Assembly: GCA_965206595.1 (NCBI GenBank)
Contig: OZ242214.1
Coordinates: forward strand, 4,320,001 to 4,384,000
Direction: 5' to 3'
Length of the DNA stretch: 64,000 nt
Source: Candidatus Latescibacterota bacterium
Lineage (GTDB): Bacteria > Latescibacterota > UBA2968 > UBA8231
Positions 27,836 to 37,354 of the stretch are shown here, in pieces (within the stretch, counting starts at the first letter, position 1; every line of letters begins with the position of its first letter). The notes beneath the pieces are model-generated. The model saw only the letters and a program-made list of their open reading frames with translations, did no database searches and had not been told where the DNA came from. The translations under genes and the position numbers were made by a program.

Positions 27836-30103
27836 ATGGCATTGATCCCGAAAATCTTTGCGCCCCCCCTCGCCATCGCGGTGGCCCTTTCGGGGGCACT
27901 GGCAGCTCCCGGCTCAGCGCAAAACCGCGAAGGAGACTGGGTTGCTTTCACGAGCATGCGCCAGGTCAACCAGCTCCATCTCGACACCAGCGGCGACGTC
28001 TGGTCGGCGACCCGTGGGGGGGCCTTGCATTTCGATGTCGACACCCAGGAGTACAGGCGCTTCACACGCGTTGACGGACTCCCGGGAAACAGTCTTCTCG
28101 CGGTGACCGGGGACGACCGCGGACATATATGGTTCGGCAGCGACCGGCAGGGGCTGAGCCGCTTCCGCCCCGAGGCCGATTCTTTCGATCCGCCGTTTCT
28201 CGAGTTTCGCGATCTCCGCATCAACGCGTTGCTGGCAGCCGGCGACCGGCTCTACGTCGGCACCGAGGAGGGCGTCAGTCTCTTCCTGATCGACAAGGAG
28301 GAAGTGAAGGAGACGTACCGCAACCTCGGCGCAATCCCGCGCGATTCCGAGGTAACCGGGCTCGGGATTCTCGACGGTTCCCTCGTCGTCGGAACCACCT
28401 TCGGAGTCGCCCTTGCGGGCCTCGGCCAGCCAAATCTGCAGGACCCCGACAGCTGGCATGCGCTCGGCGGGACGGAGGGGCTGGCCGACCTCCTGAACTT
28501 CGAGGGAACCCTTTTCCTCGCCGGGCCTTTCGGGGTCTCCTCCTTCCGTTCCGGCGATCAGCGGATAACTTCCGATCTCATCGGCAGACCAGCCACCAGC
28601 CTCGGGGTGCTCGAAGGCCGCATAACGGCCTCCCTGGAAGAAGGCAGCATCCTCGGGCGCGAATCCCAGGGCACCTGGGAGCGGGTCCCGGGGAGGTCGG
28701 TAACCGGTGTCAGCGACATGTCCGACAACGCCGGCATTCTGTGGCTCGCCACCCGGCAGGGGCTGAGGGTCGTCGGCGGAGATCCCCCGCCTCCCTCGAA
28801 AGAGCCTGCCCAGAACCACTTCTTCGACATGGAGCTGCTCGACAACGGCGAGCTGTGGGTCGCCAGCGTGCCCGACGATCACCAGGAGTCGTTCGGCGTG
28901 TACCAGCTCGACGACTCCGGCTGGACGGTCTACGACCGGAGATCGGGAATGCCGACCAACAATGTCATCACCGTCGAGGCCGATGCCGAAGGACGCGTCT
29001 GGGTCGGATCCTGGGGCGGCGGAGTCGCCGTCAGGAACCAGGACGGCTGGGTCGCCGTCACCCACGAGAACTCCCCCCTGATCGGCATCGGGACGAGCCG
29101 GAGCTTTGTCGCTATCAGCGATATCGCCCGCGACAAGGATGGAAACATGTGGGTGGTCAACGTTCAAGGCGGGGTGGTGGTTGTAAACGGATATCCTGTG
29201 GCGGAGGGCCTCCTGATCCCCCAGACCTGGCTGGGATTCGAACCCCAGACCGACACCGGGAAGATCCGATTCCGTGCCGACGGCGACGGCCTGAAATGGA
29301 TAACCAGCCGCACCGAGGGACTCGCCGTCCTGGACGATGGCGGCACGCCTTTCGACGGCAGCGACGACCTGACGGCGCGGATCTACAGCGGCAGCGAGCC
29401 ACGCCTTTCCAGCGACCGTATCACCGACCTGCTGCTCACCGCGGACGGAACCGTATGGGTGGGGACCAACAACGGCCTCGACAGCTTCAGGGGCACCTTC
29501 TCCGGAGAGACCGGCACGTACTCGATCGCGAGGGAAGACTGGAGGACGTACAGCACCTCGGACGGCCTGCCAACCAACGAAATCAGCGCCCTGGCCGCGG
29601 ACGCCGCGGGTAACGTCTGGGTGGGGACCGAAGAAGGGCTGGCGCGAATAAACCCCCGCGGGGAGTGGGATTTCACGTTTTCCGCCTCCAACAGCGGCTT
29701 GATCGACAACCGCGTGAAGTCCCTGTTGTACGACGAGGCCGGCGACGAACTCTGGATCGGCACCTTCGACGGTCTGAGCCGCCTGACACTAGGCGCCTCG
29801 GCTCCCGGGGAAAAGCCGGGCGAAGGTCTTGTCGTCTACCCGAACCCGTTCGATCCCCTGCAAGGTCAGCTGACGGTTTCCGGCCTCCCTCTCGGGGCTT
29901 CGCTGCGGATCTACCGCCCCTCCGGACAGCTCGTAAGCAACCTTCCCGGTCAGGCCGGCAGGGGGACGATCTCGTGGAAGGGTGTCAACGAGGTCGGTTT
30001 TCTCGTCGGCTCGGGGGTGTACCTGATCGTCGCGGAAGACGCCGACGGCAATGTCCGGCGGGGCAAGCTGGCGGTTATCAACGGCTCGCGGGACCGTCGC
30101 TGA
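27836..30103 (+). CDS. Secreted beta-propeller protein (PorZ-like/two-component regulator propeller) with C-terminal FlgD-Ig/T9SS-CTD-like domain
   Basis: Signal peptide; repeated GLP.N...D..G.VWVGT motifs; C-terminal VYPNPF...LRIY...GSGVYL. Confidence 0.75.
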   Translation: MALIPKIFAPPLAIAVALSGALAAPGSAQNREGDWVAFTSMRQVNQLHLDTSGDVWSATRGGALHFDVDTQEYRRFTRVDGLPGNSLLAVTGDDRGHIWFGSDRQGLSRFRPEADSFDPPFLEFRDLRINALLAAGDRLYVGTEEGVSLFLIDKEEVKETYRNLGAIPRDSEVTGLGILDGSLVVGTTFGVALAGLGQPNLQDPDSWHALGGTEGLADLLNFEGTLFLAGPFGVSSFRSGDQRITSDLIGRPATSLGVLEGRITASLEEGSILGRESQGTWERVPGRSVTGVSDMSDNAGILWLATRQGLRVVGGDPPPPSKEPAQNHFFDMELLDNGELWVASVPDDHQESFGVYQLDDSGWTVYDRRSGMPTNNVITVEADAEGRVWVGSWGGGVAVRNQDGWVAVTHENSPLIGIGTSRSFVAISDIARDKDGNMWVVNVQGGVVVVNGYPVAEGLLIPQTWLGFEPQTDTGKIRFRADGDGLKWITSRTEGLAVLDDGGTPFDGSDDLTARIYSGSEPRLSSDRITDLLLTADGTVWVGTNNGLDSFRGTFSGETGTYSIAREDWRTYSTSDGLPTNEISALAADAAGNVWVGTEEGLARINPRGEWDFTFSASNSGLIDNRVKSLLYDEAGDELWIGTFDGLSRLTLGASAPGEKPGEGLVVYPNPFDPLQGQLTVSGLPLGASLRIYRPSGQLVSNLPGQAGRGTISWKGVNEVGFLVGSGVYLIVAEDADGNVRRGKLAVINGSRDRR

Positions 30104-30107
30104 GACG

Positions 30108-30767
30108 ATGAGAATCCCCGGAATCCTGCTTCCCGTCCTGCTGCTGTCGCTGGGGCCGGCAAGCGGCGACGGCCTCCGGTTTGCGATCGCCCGCCTTCAG
30201 TACGACGGCGGAGGCGACTGGTACAGCAACCCCTCCTCCCTGCCGAATCTTCTCGCCTACATCGCCGAGCACACCCGCGTCGACGCCGCTGCCGAGGAGG
30301 CGCGGGTCCACATCATGGACGAGGAGCTGTTCTCCTACCCCTACCTCTACATGACCGGGCACGGCAACGTCTCGCTGTCGGCCGCGGAAGTGATCCGCTT
30401 GCGGCAGTTTCTCGAAAACGGCGGTTTCCTGCACGCCGACGACAACTACGGGATGGACAAATCCTTCCGCCGCGAAATGCGCAAGCTCTTTCCGCGCAAG
30501 GAATTCGTCGAGCTGCCCCCGGAACACGGCATCTTCCAATGCCATTTCGAGCTCCCCGGGGGACTGCCGAAGATCCACGAGCACGACGGCAACCGACCGC
30601 AGGCCCTGGCCCTGTTCGAAGGCAGGCGCATCATCCTCCTCTACACCTTCGAGTCGGACCTCGGCGACGGCTGGGAAGATGCCGACGTCCACGGCGACCC
30701 CGAGGAGAAACGAGAGTCCGCGCTCCGCATGGGAACCAACATAGTCGTCTGGGCACTCACCCACTGA
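30108..30767 (+). CDS. DUF4159 domain protein
   Basis: GGGDWY.NP, YPYLYMTGHG, GGFLHADDNYG, DLGDGWED, ALRMGTN. Confidence 0.85.
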   Translation: MRIPGILLPVLLLSLGPASGDGLRFAIARLQYDGGGDWYSNPSSLPNLLAYIAEHTRVDAAAEEARVHIMDEELFSYPYLYMTGHGNVSLSAAEVIRLRQFLENGGFLHADDNYGMDKSFRREMRKLFPRKEFVELPPEHGIFQCHFELPGGLPKIHEHDGNRPQALALFEGRRIILLYTFESDLGDGWEDADVHGDPEEKRESALRMGTNIVVWALTH

Positions 30768-30802
30768 GGCGAGCAGACTCAACCGGTAGACGAAGCCGAC
30801 AA

Positions 30803-30968
30803 CCAGTGTCCTGTTTCACCAACCGGTCGCTCGCGCTTGCCAGGCCGCAGAAGCGGGCTCGCAAGCCGCCTGGCCCGTACAGGGATGAGTCCAATGAGGG
30901 CAGTTTACACGGAGATACGGAATCGACCGGCGGAAGAATGAAGAGGTGTTGGTGAAACAGGAGACCGG
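30803..30968. mobile_element. MITE-like element (~166 bp) with IS630-like ends
   Basis: Inverted repeats CCAGTGTCCTGTTTCACCAAC (30803-30823) and GTTGGTGAAACAGGAGACCGG (30948-30968), 15-bp perfect core; left end resembles the IS630 end TAGTGTCCTGTC. Confidence 0.55.
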
Positions 30969-33900
30969 CTCGGACCGGCAGCTCGCCGCGATAGTCGCCT
31001 TCACCCGCCGGCTCCGGCTGCGGCTGGTGGCCGTCGAGGCGGGGGCTGCCCTGCTGCAGGCGCTCGCTCTCGGGCTGCTGCTCGGGCTTGCGGCAGTCTG
31101 CGCCGAGCATCTGCTCCACCCCGGACCGTTCTGGCGCACGGCGCTGGTGCTCGCCGCGCCCGCCGCATCCATCCTCGCGGCCGGGCTCACGCTGTACTCG
31201 CGGCTGCGCGGGCGGCTGTCCTACCACCGCGTCGGCCTGCTGGCGGAGAGCGACCTCGAGGCTCTCCGGGGGCGCCTGATCCTCGCCCTGGAACTGGCCG
31301 CGGTCCCCGCCCCGGACCGGCGGCGACTGACCGGCTCACCCGGCCTCACCGACGCGGCCGTGCAGGGCGCCGCAGCCTGCATCGAAGGCCGTTCCACAGG
31401 TTCCATCGTCGGCTGGAATCCCCTGCGACTCCCCGCGCGACAACTCGCCGCCGCGGCAGTGGCCGTCATCGCTTCCGGCGCCCTGTTCGCCGAGGATCTG
31501 GTACCCGCGGCGAAGCGTTGCGCCCATCCCCTGCGCGAACACCCCCGCCTCGCGCGGACCCTCATCGAGGTCCGGCCCCCGCAGCTGGAGGTGGTTAAGG
31601 GAGAGGATGCTGCCGTCGAGATCCTGTTTTCCGGGAAGGTGCCGCGCACCGCGGAAATCCTGAGGCGCGACTCCGAAAGCGCGGATTGGCAGGCCACCGA
31701 GATAGCCCCCTCCGCAGGCGCGGACGCTGATACGGTTCGTTACAGCTTCACCGACGTGGTTCGGCCGTTCTCCTTTTCCGTTCGCGGAGGGGACGGGTTC
31801 GCAGGGCCGTACGACGTCGAGGTCATCGATCCTCCCGAGGTTCGGCAGCTGACCATCCACTACCGTTACCCCCCGCACTGCGGATGGCCGGAGCGGGTCG
31901 AACCGGGAAACGGCGACGTCAGCGCACCGGCCGGTACGGAGGTGGAAATTCGTATCGACGCCTCGAAGCCGCTCTCCGAGGCCGCGCTGGTCATCGACGA
32001 CACCCTGCGCCTGCCCGCGGAGGTCGAGGACCGCGGCGCCCGCGTCTCCTTCTCGCTGCCCGTCGCCACGGGCCCCAGCAGCGTCGCCGCAACCTCCGCA
32101 ACGAACCGCCGCCTGTACTACGTCGACCTGATGGACCGCAAAGGGATTTCCAATCGCGACCCGATCCGCTACGCCATCGAGGTGCTGCCGGACCAGAAAC
32201 CCCGGGTCGCCATCGTCGAGCCGGGGGAAGACATCGATCTCCCCGAGTCCAAGGTGGTGGGCCTGGGCATAGAGGGAAGCGATGATTTCGGCATCGCCTC
32301 CCTCGAGTTGCTGTTTCGCAAGAACGGCGGCAGCGAGGGCTCCACGCCCTTGAGCTTGCGGCCGGGCCCGCGGGTCGTCGTCGATCACCTGTGGGATCTA
32401 GCCCCTCTTGACCTGCTGCCCGAAGACCGCGTCACCTACCGCGTGCGCGCCACCGACAACGACGCCGTCACGGGACCGAAGAGCAGCTATTCGAAGGAGT
32501 TTGCGGTGCGTTTCCAGTCGATGTTCGAGCTCCTGGACGAAGTCTCCGAGCAGCAGAGCGAAACAGTGATGTCGGTGGAGGAGCTGATCGACCAGGAGCG
32601 CAGCGCCCGGCAGTATCTCGAGCAGGTGCGCAGAGAGGTTCTGAAAACCGAGGAGCTCAGCTGGGAGCAGAAACGGGAGCTGGAAGCGGCGCTCGACCGT
32701 GAGCGCGAGCGCGCCCAGGCCCTGGAAGAGGCGGCGCAGGAGCTGGCCGAGGTGGCGAAAAAGTTGTCGGAGCAGGGTCTGGGTTCGCGGGAGCTCCTCG
32801 ACAAGATGGAGGAGATCCGCGAGCTGATGGAGGAGATCGCCTCCCCCGAGCTGCTCGAGGCCCTGCGCGAGCTTGAGCAATCGGCCGGCGAACTCGACCC
32901 GGAACAGCTGGCGGAAACGCTGAAGAAATTCAGCGAGGAGTACGAGGTTTTCGAGCAGCGTCTCGACCGCACCCTGGCGCTGCTGCGCCAGGTTCAGGCC
33001 GAGCAGCAGCTCGACGCCGCGGTCGAAAAGGCCCGCGACCTGCTCGCCCGGCAGGAGAGAATCGACGAAGAACTCGCCTCCGCTTCCGAGGCCGCGGCGC
33101 GCCTGGAGGCACTGGAGGAGTCGTTGGCCCGCGACTCCGAGCGCCTGCGCGGGGATCTCGAGGAGGCCGCCGGGGCGCTGACCCCGATCAGCCCGGGCAG
33201 CTCGGAAGCCCTGAGCCGCGAGGCGGCCGAAATGGAGCAGCGCGACCTCGCCGGGCGCATGAGGGAAATGGCTGCGAGCCTTGGGGAAGGGAGGCATCAG
33301 CATGCCCGGAGCCTCGGCAAGGGGCTCGAGGAGGATCTCGGCGAACTGGCCGCGGACCTCGAAAACCTCCGGGACCAGTTCTCCGCCGAGGAGAGGGGCC
33401 GCCTTGTCGACCAGTTGCGCGCCGCCATGGCCGGGCTGATCGACCTTTCGCACAGTCAGGAGGAGCTGTCGCGGCGCACCCGGCGGGAACGGGACGGGGC
33501 AGCGGCCGCCGCCCTCGCCGACGAGCAGTTCGCCCTGCTGCGCGGCACCGATGCCGTCATCTCCGAGCTGGCGAGCGCCGGCCAGCAGACCCTGAGCCTG
33601 GACCGCGCCGTTGTCGTCACTACCGGGTATGCGCGGCGGCGGATGCAGGAGTCGGGACGCCGGCTCGGGCAGCGGGAGGCCGGACAGTCGCTGCCGAGCC
33701 AGTCCGAGGCCTACGGCTACCTGAACGAGGCCGCCAACCTGCTGCGCAGGAGCATCGAGGACGTCGCCTCGTCCTTCATGCCGTCCGGGTTCGCCGAGGC
33801 GATGGAGAAACTCATGGGGCTTTCAGAACAGCAGGCCGCCCTCAACCAGGCTACCCGGGAGGCGATCGAGGGCCAGGAGGCACCGGGCAGAGATCGCGGG

Positions 33901-34389
33901 GGATCCGGCCGCGGCGCCAACGCGAGAGCGGAAATGGGGCGACTGGCCGCGGAGCAGCGGAGTATCATGCAGGCGCTGTCCGAGATCGAGCGCAGCCTGC
34001 GCGGCCATCGCGGCGCCGAAAAACGGATGCAGGGGATCGCCGCGGAGATGAAGGGAGTGCTGCGCGACATGCAACAGGGCCGGCCCCATCCCCGTATCAA
34101 CCAGGCGCAGGAGCGGATCTACCAGCGCATGCTCGATGCCAGCCGTTCCATCTACTCCCGTGGATTCAAGAAGAAGAGGCAGTCCGAAACCGGCGCCGAC
34201 AGCGACTACGCCGGACCGATGTTGATACCGGACGATCTCGGCCAGCGCCCCGACCACTGGCGCGAGGCGATGAAACGCGCCCTGGCCGGCAACCTGCCCC
34301 GGGAGTACCGCGAGCTGGTGCGCCGGTACTACGAGTCGGTCTACGCCGACATCGCCGCCCGCCCCGACTCCCTGGAAGGACTTCCGTGA
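30946..34389 (+). CDS. DUF4175-like membrane-anchored protein (TMs, Ig-like domains, long coiled coil)
   Basis: N-terminal TMs; PDQKPRVAIVEPG...SDDFGI...YRVRATDNDAVTGP; Q/E-rich coiled coil; C-terminal LPREYRELVRRYY. Confidence 0.75.
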   Translation: MLVKQETGSDRQLAAIVAFTRRLRLRLVAVEAGAALLQALALGLLLGLAAVCAEHLLHPGPFWRTALVLAAPAASILAAGLTLYSRLRGRLSYHRVGLLAESDLEALRGRLILALELAAVPAPDRRRLTGSPGLTDAAVQGAAACIEGRSTGSIVGWNPLRLPARQLAAAAVAVIASGALFAEDLVPAAKRCAHPLREHPRLARTLIEVRPPQLEVVKGEDAAVEILFSGKVPRTAEILRRDSESADWQATEIAPSAGADADTVRYSFTDVVRPFSFSVRGGDGFAGPYDVEVIDPPEVRQLTIHYRYPPHCGWPERVEPGNGDVSAPAGTEVEIRIDASKPLSEAALVIDDTLRLPAEVEDRGARVSFSLPVATGPSSVAATSATNRRLYYVDLMDRKGISNRDPIRYAIEVLPDQKPRVAIVEPGEDIDLPESKVVGLGIEGSDDFGIASLELLFRKNGGSEGSTPLSLRPGPRVVVDHLWDLAPLDLLPEDRVTYRVRATDNDAVTGPKSSYSKEFAVRFQSMFELLDEVSEQQSETVMSVEELIDQERSARQYLEQVRREVLKTEELSWEQKRELEAALDRERERAQALEEAAQELAEVAKKLSEQGLGSRELLDKMEEIRELMEEIASPELLEALRELEQSAGELDPEQLAETLKKFSEEYEVFEQRLDRTLALLRQVQAEQQLDAAVEKARDLLARQERIDEELASASEAAARLEALEESLARDSERLRGDLEEAAGALTPISPGSSEALSREAAEMEQRDLAGRMREMAASLGEGRHQHARSLGKGLEEDLGELAADLENLRDQFSAEERGRLVDQLRAAMAGLIDLSHSQEELSRRTRRERDGAAAAALADEQFALLRGTDAVISELASAGQQTLSLDRAVVVTTGYARRRMQESGRRLGQREAGQSLPSQSEAYGYLNEAANLLRRSIEDVASSFMPSGFAEAMEKLMGLSEQQAALNQATREAIEGQEAPGRDRGGSGRGANARAEMGRLAAEQRSIMQALSEIERSLRGHRGAEKRMQGIAAEMKGVLRDMQQGRPHPRINQAQERIYQRMLDASRSIYSRGFKKKRQSETGADSDYAGPMLIPDDLGQRPDHWREAMKRALAGNLPREYRELVRRYYESVYADIAARPDSLEGLP

Positions 34390-35801
34390 GAGGACGCGGA
34401 CTGCTGTGCTGCCTCTGTTTATGGGCCGCGCTAAACGCCCAGGCCGGGGCGGACTCCGGCGGCGGATTCCGGCCGAAGCGGAGCCATCCATGGGAGCTCT
34501 GCCTCGAGCACCTTGCGGCCGGGCGCTACCCCGAGGCAGTCAGCGCCGCCCTCGACTACCTCGACTCGGAACCGCAGCACTTCCCCCTGGTCGAGAGCCA
34601 CTTCGAGAAGATCGCCGGCGCCGGTGACGGAAACGCGCCCGGGCAACTGGAGCAGAGAACAGCGGCCATCGTCGGTGCCTTGCGCACCGCCATGGACGAC
34701 CCGGACCGCGACCCCCTGCACGCAGCTATGCTGCTGGCCGCGGTCTCGCTGCGGACCGGAGAACCGGAGTCCGGCCTGGAGGCGCTCCTCGAAATCGAGA
34801 AGCGCGCCGATATCGGCGGTGCCTTGTACGAATTCGCCGCCAGCTGCGAGGCTGCCGGTTTCTACGCGGTGGCCGCGCAAAGCTACCAGCATTTCTCCGC
34901 CAGCCCACAGGGGGATCGCCGCTACCGGGCAGGGTCGCTGCTCAAGGAGGCGGGGCTCTACGAGCGGCAGGGGCGGCACGACCAGGCGTTGTCCGTGTAC
35001 CGCCAGGTCGCCGAGAGGTATCCCCGCGAGCCGGAGAGCCGCGAGGCGATCTACCGGCAGGGGCGCCTGCTGCTGCTGGCCTACGGCGACGCCGAGACCG
35101 CACGCCTGCTGCTGGCCCCCCTGGCTGCCGGCCGCGGCGGATACCGCTCGGCGGATGCCGTCCTGCTGCTGGCCGAATGCGACCTCGCCTTGGGCGACCT
35201 CGGCGCCGCCAGGGACCGCTACCGCGCCCTCCTCGACGCCTCCGCCGGAGACCGGGCGGCGCGCTACGGGCTCGGCCGCCTCGCCTACCTGCACGCCGAC
35301 TTCGAAGCCGCCCTCGCCCATTTCGACACCCTGCTGGCGGCGCAGCCGGGGCACGAGCTGGCCAACGACGCCCTGGAAATCGTCACCCTGATCGAGGCGC
35401 AGCGCGGCAACGAGGGCGAGCTTGCGCTCTACGCGACGTCGCTGCTCTACCAGCACCAGAGGCGGCACGCAGAGGCGGCCAGGGTCCGGGGGGAGCTGTA
35501 CGGCGCAGCGGAGGGTATAAAGGTCCGCGCCATGCTCGATCAGGCGCGGACCTGCGAGGCGCGCGCGCGCCCTGACAGCGCCCTGGCCGGGTACGCGGAG
35601 GTCGCAGGGTCATTTCCAGGGCGGCGCGAAGCCCTTACCGCGCTCATCCTGCAGGCGCGGCTGCTCGAGAAACAGGGCCGTTCCCTCGAGGCTCTGCACA
35701 CCTGGGAAAGCGCCCTTCTGGGATTCCCCGGCGACGCCCGGGCCCCTCAGGTCCGTCTCGAGGTACAGCGGCTGCGGCCCCTGTACCGGGAAACGGGCTG
35801 A
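34386..35801 (+). CDS. Exported tetratricopeptide repeat protein
   Basis: Signal peptide; TPR/YfiO-like repeats (YRQVAERYP, ELANDALE). Confidence 0.8.
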   Translation: MRGRGLLCCLCLWAALNAQAGADSGGGFRPKRSHPWELCLEHLAAGRYPEAVSAALDYLDSEPQHFPLVESHFEKIAGAGDGNAPGQLEQRTAAIVGALRTAMDDPDRDPLHAAMLLAAVSLRTGEPESGLEALLEIEKRADIGGALYEFAASCEAAGFYAVAAQSYQHFSASPQGDRRYRAGSLLKEAGLYERQGRHDQALSVYRQVAERYPREPESREAIYRQGRLLLLAYGDAETARLLLAPLAAGRGGYRSADAVLLLAECDLALGDLGAARDRYRALLDASAGDRAARYGLGRLAYLHADFEAALAHFDTLLAAQPGHELANDALEIVTLIEAQRGNEGELALYATSLLYQHQRRHAEAARVRGELYGAAEGIKVRAMLDQARTCEARARPDSALAGYAEVAGSFPGRREALTALILQARLLEKQGRSLEALHTWESALLGFPGDARAPQVRLEVQRLRPLYRETG

Positions 35802-35808
35802 AGCGAAG

Positions 35809-37089
35809 ATGACAAGGGTTGTGAAGCGACTCCGGATCGGCCTGCTCGGGGCGCTGATCTGCGCCCTGACGGGGCCCGCAGCGGCGCAACGGATCCTGGT
35901 GCCGATGGACCTCCCCCAGACAGAGCACCTCAAGGCCTACGGCCTCGCCCTGTGGATTCTCGACCGCGGCGTCCCGCTCGAGTGGCTCCTCAACTACCGC
36001 GGCGGCTCCTTCCTCGTCGAAGCCCACCCGCTGATCGCCGCCGAGGCCGGCATCCGCGGCATCGCCACCGAAACGATCTCCGAAGGGGAGGCAGCCGGTA
36101 TCTACGCCGTGATCGACGCCGGCAACATGGAAGTCGTCCGCCTCGACAAGGCCCCCCGCATCGCCGTGTACACGCCGCCCAACTCCCAGCCCTGGGACGA
36201 CGCCGTAACCCTGGCGCTGCAGTACGCCGGTATCGAGTACGACCGTCTCTTCGATGCAGAGGTGCTCGCCGGCAAGCTCGAGGACTACGACTGGCTGCAC
36301 CTGCACCACGAGGACTTCACCGGCCAGTACGGGAAGTTCTACGCCAGCTACCGGCGCCAGCCCTGGTACCAGGATCAGCAGCGGCTGTACGAGGCCATGG
36401 CCGCTGAGCTGGGTTTCGCCAAGGTATCCGAGCAGAAGAAGGCAGTGGCGCGCAAGATCCGGGACTACATGAACGGGGGCGGGTTCGTCTTCGCGATGTG
36501 CTCGGCAACCGACACCTTCGACATCGCGCTGGCGGCCGAAGGGGTCGACATCGCCGCGGCGGTATTCGACGGAGACTCCGCGGATCCCCAGGCCCAGGAG
36601 AAGCTCGACTACAGCCGCACCGTGGCGTTCGAGAACTTCCGCCTCGAGCCCGACCCGATGGTCTACGAGCACTCCGACATTGACACCACGCCGCGCGACG
36701 TCCGCCGGGTGAGAACCGCGGAAGCGGAGTATTTCACCCTGTTCGAGTTCTCGGCCAAGCACGACCCGGTCCCGGCGATGCTGACCCAGTGCCACACCAA
36801 CATCGTCGACGGCTTCCTCGGGCAGACCACCGGCTTTCGACGCTCGCTGGTCAAGGAATCGGTGATCGTCCTGGGCGAGGTCGAGGGAACGGAGGTCGTC
36901 AAGTACATCCACGGCCGCGTCGGCAAGGGGACCTTTACCTTCTACGGGGGCCACGATCCCGAGGACCACAAGCACCATGTCGGCGACCCGCCGACGAGGC
37001 TTTCCCTGTTCCCCAACTCTCCCGGTTACCGCCTCATCCTGAACAACGTGCTGTTTCCCGCCGCGAAGAAGAAAGAACGCAAGACATGA
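35809..37089 (+). CDS. Conserved exported protein of the family often auto-annotated 'asparagine synthetase B' (function unknown)
   Basis: Signal peptide; HLKAYG, WLLNYRGGSF, WDDAVTL, LHLHHEDFTGQYGKF, FAMCSATD, GGHDPED, SPGYRLILNN. Confidence 0.75.
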   Translation: MTRVVKRLRIGLLGALICALTGPAAAQRILVPMDLPQTEHLKAYGLALWILDRGVPLEWLLNYRGGSFLVEAHPLIAAEAGIRGIATETISEGEAAGIYAVIDAGNMEVVRLDKAPRIAVYTPPNSQPWDDAVTLALQYAGIEYDRLFDAEVLAGKLEDYDWLHLHHEDFTGQYGKFYASYRRQPWYQDQQRLYEAMAAELGFAKVSEQKKAVARKIRDYMNGGGFVFAMCSATDTFDIALAAEGVDIAAAVFDGDSADPQAQEKLDYSRTVAFENFRLEPDPMVYEHSDIDTTPRDVRRVRTAEAEYFTLFEFSAKHDPVPAMLTQCHTNIVDGFLGQTTGFRRSLVKESVIVLGEVEGTEVVKYIHGRVGKGTFTFYGGHDPEDHKHHVGDPPTRLSLFPNSPGYRLILNNVLFPAAKKKERKT

Positions 37090-37116
37090 AGCCAGCTCGA
37101 AACAGAGAGTCGGGTA

Positions 37117-37285
37117 ATGTGCGACTGGGAGCAGCATGAGGGGGCTGCCGGCCCGGAGCGGCCGCGGCTGAACGAGGAGGAGGAGTAGCGCGAGCTGTTC
37201 GAGGAGTGCCACGACGCCATGGCGGTCATCGCCCGTGGCGGGACATCCTCGACGCCAACCACGCGGCCCCGGAAGCCGTCTTTTG
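37117..37285 (+). pseudogene. PAS-domain fragment
   Basis: EEEE*RELFEECHDAMAVIARGG then frameshift to DILDANHAA matches the PAS S-box start; in-frame TAG at 37186. Confidence 0.55.
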
Positions 37286-37354
37286 CGAAGTCGCTCGAAT
37301 TCTCAAACCCGTGGCGGCTAGGTGTTTTTCGACATCCATCCCTTAAACCGGGCT

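Noticed and set aside
25204-28224. 1006-aa minus-strand ORF and many other long antisense or alternate-frame ORFs (e.g. 37322-39427, 55088-57223, 59826-61946)
   Set aside because: Shadow ORFs of well-supported genes in high-GC DNA, with no recognisable motifs
37186-37188. Pyrrolysine or other TAG readthrough in the PAS fragment
   Set aside because: A second lesion (frameshift) and truncation follow, so pseudogene is the simpler explanation
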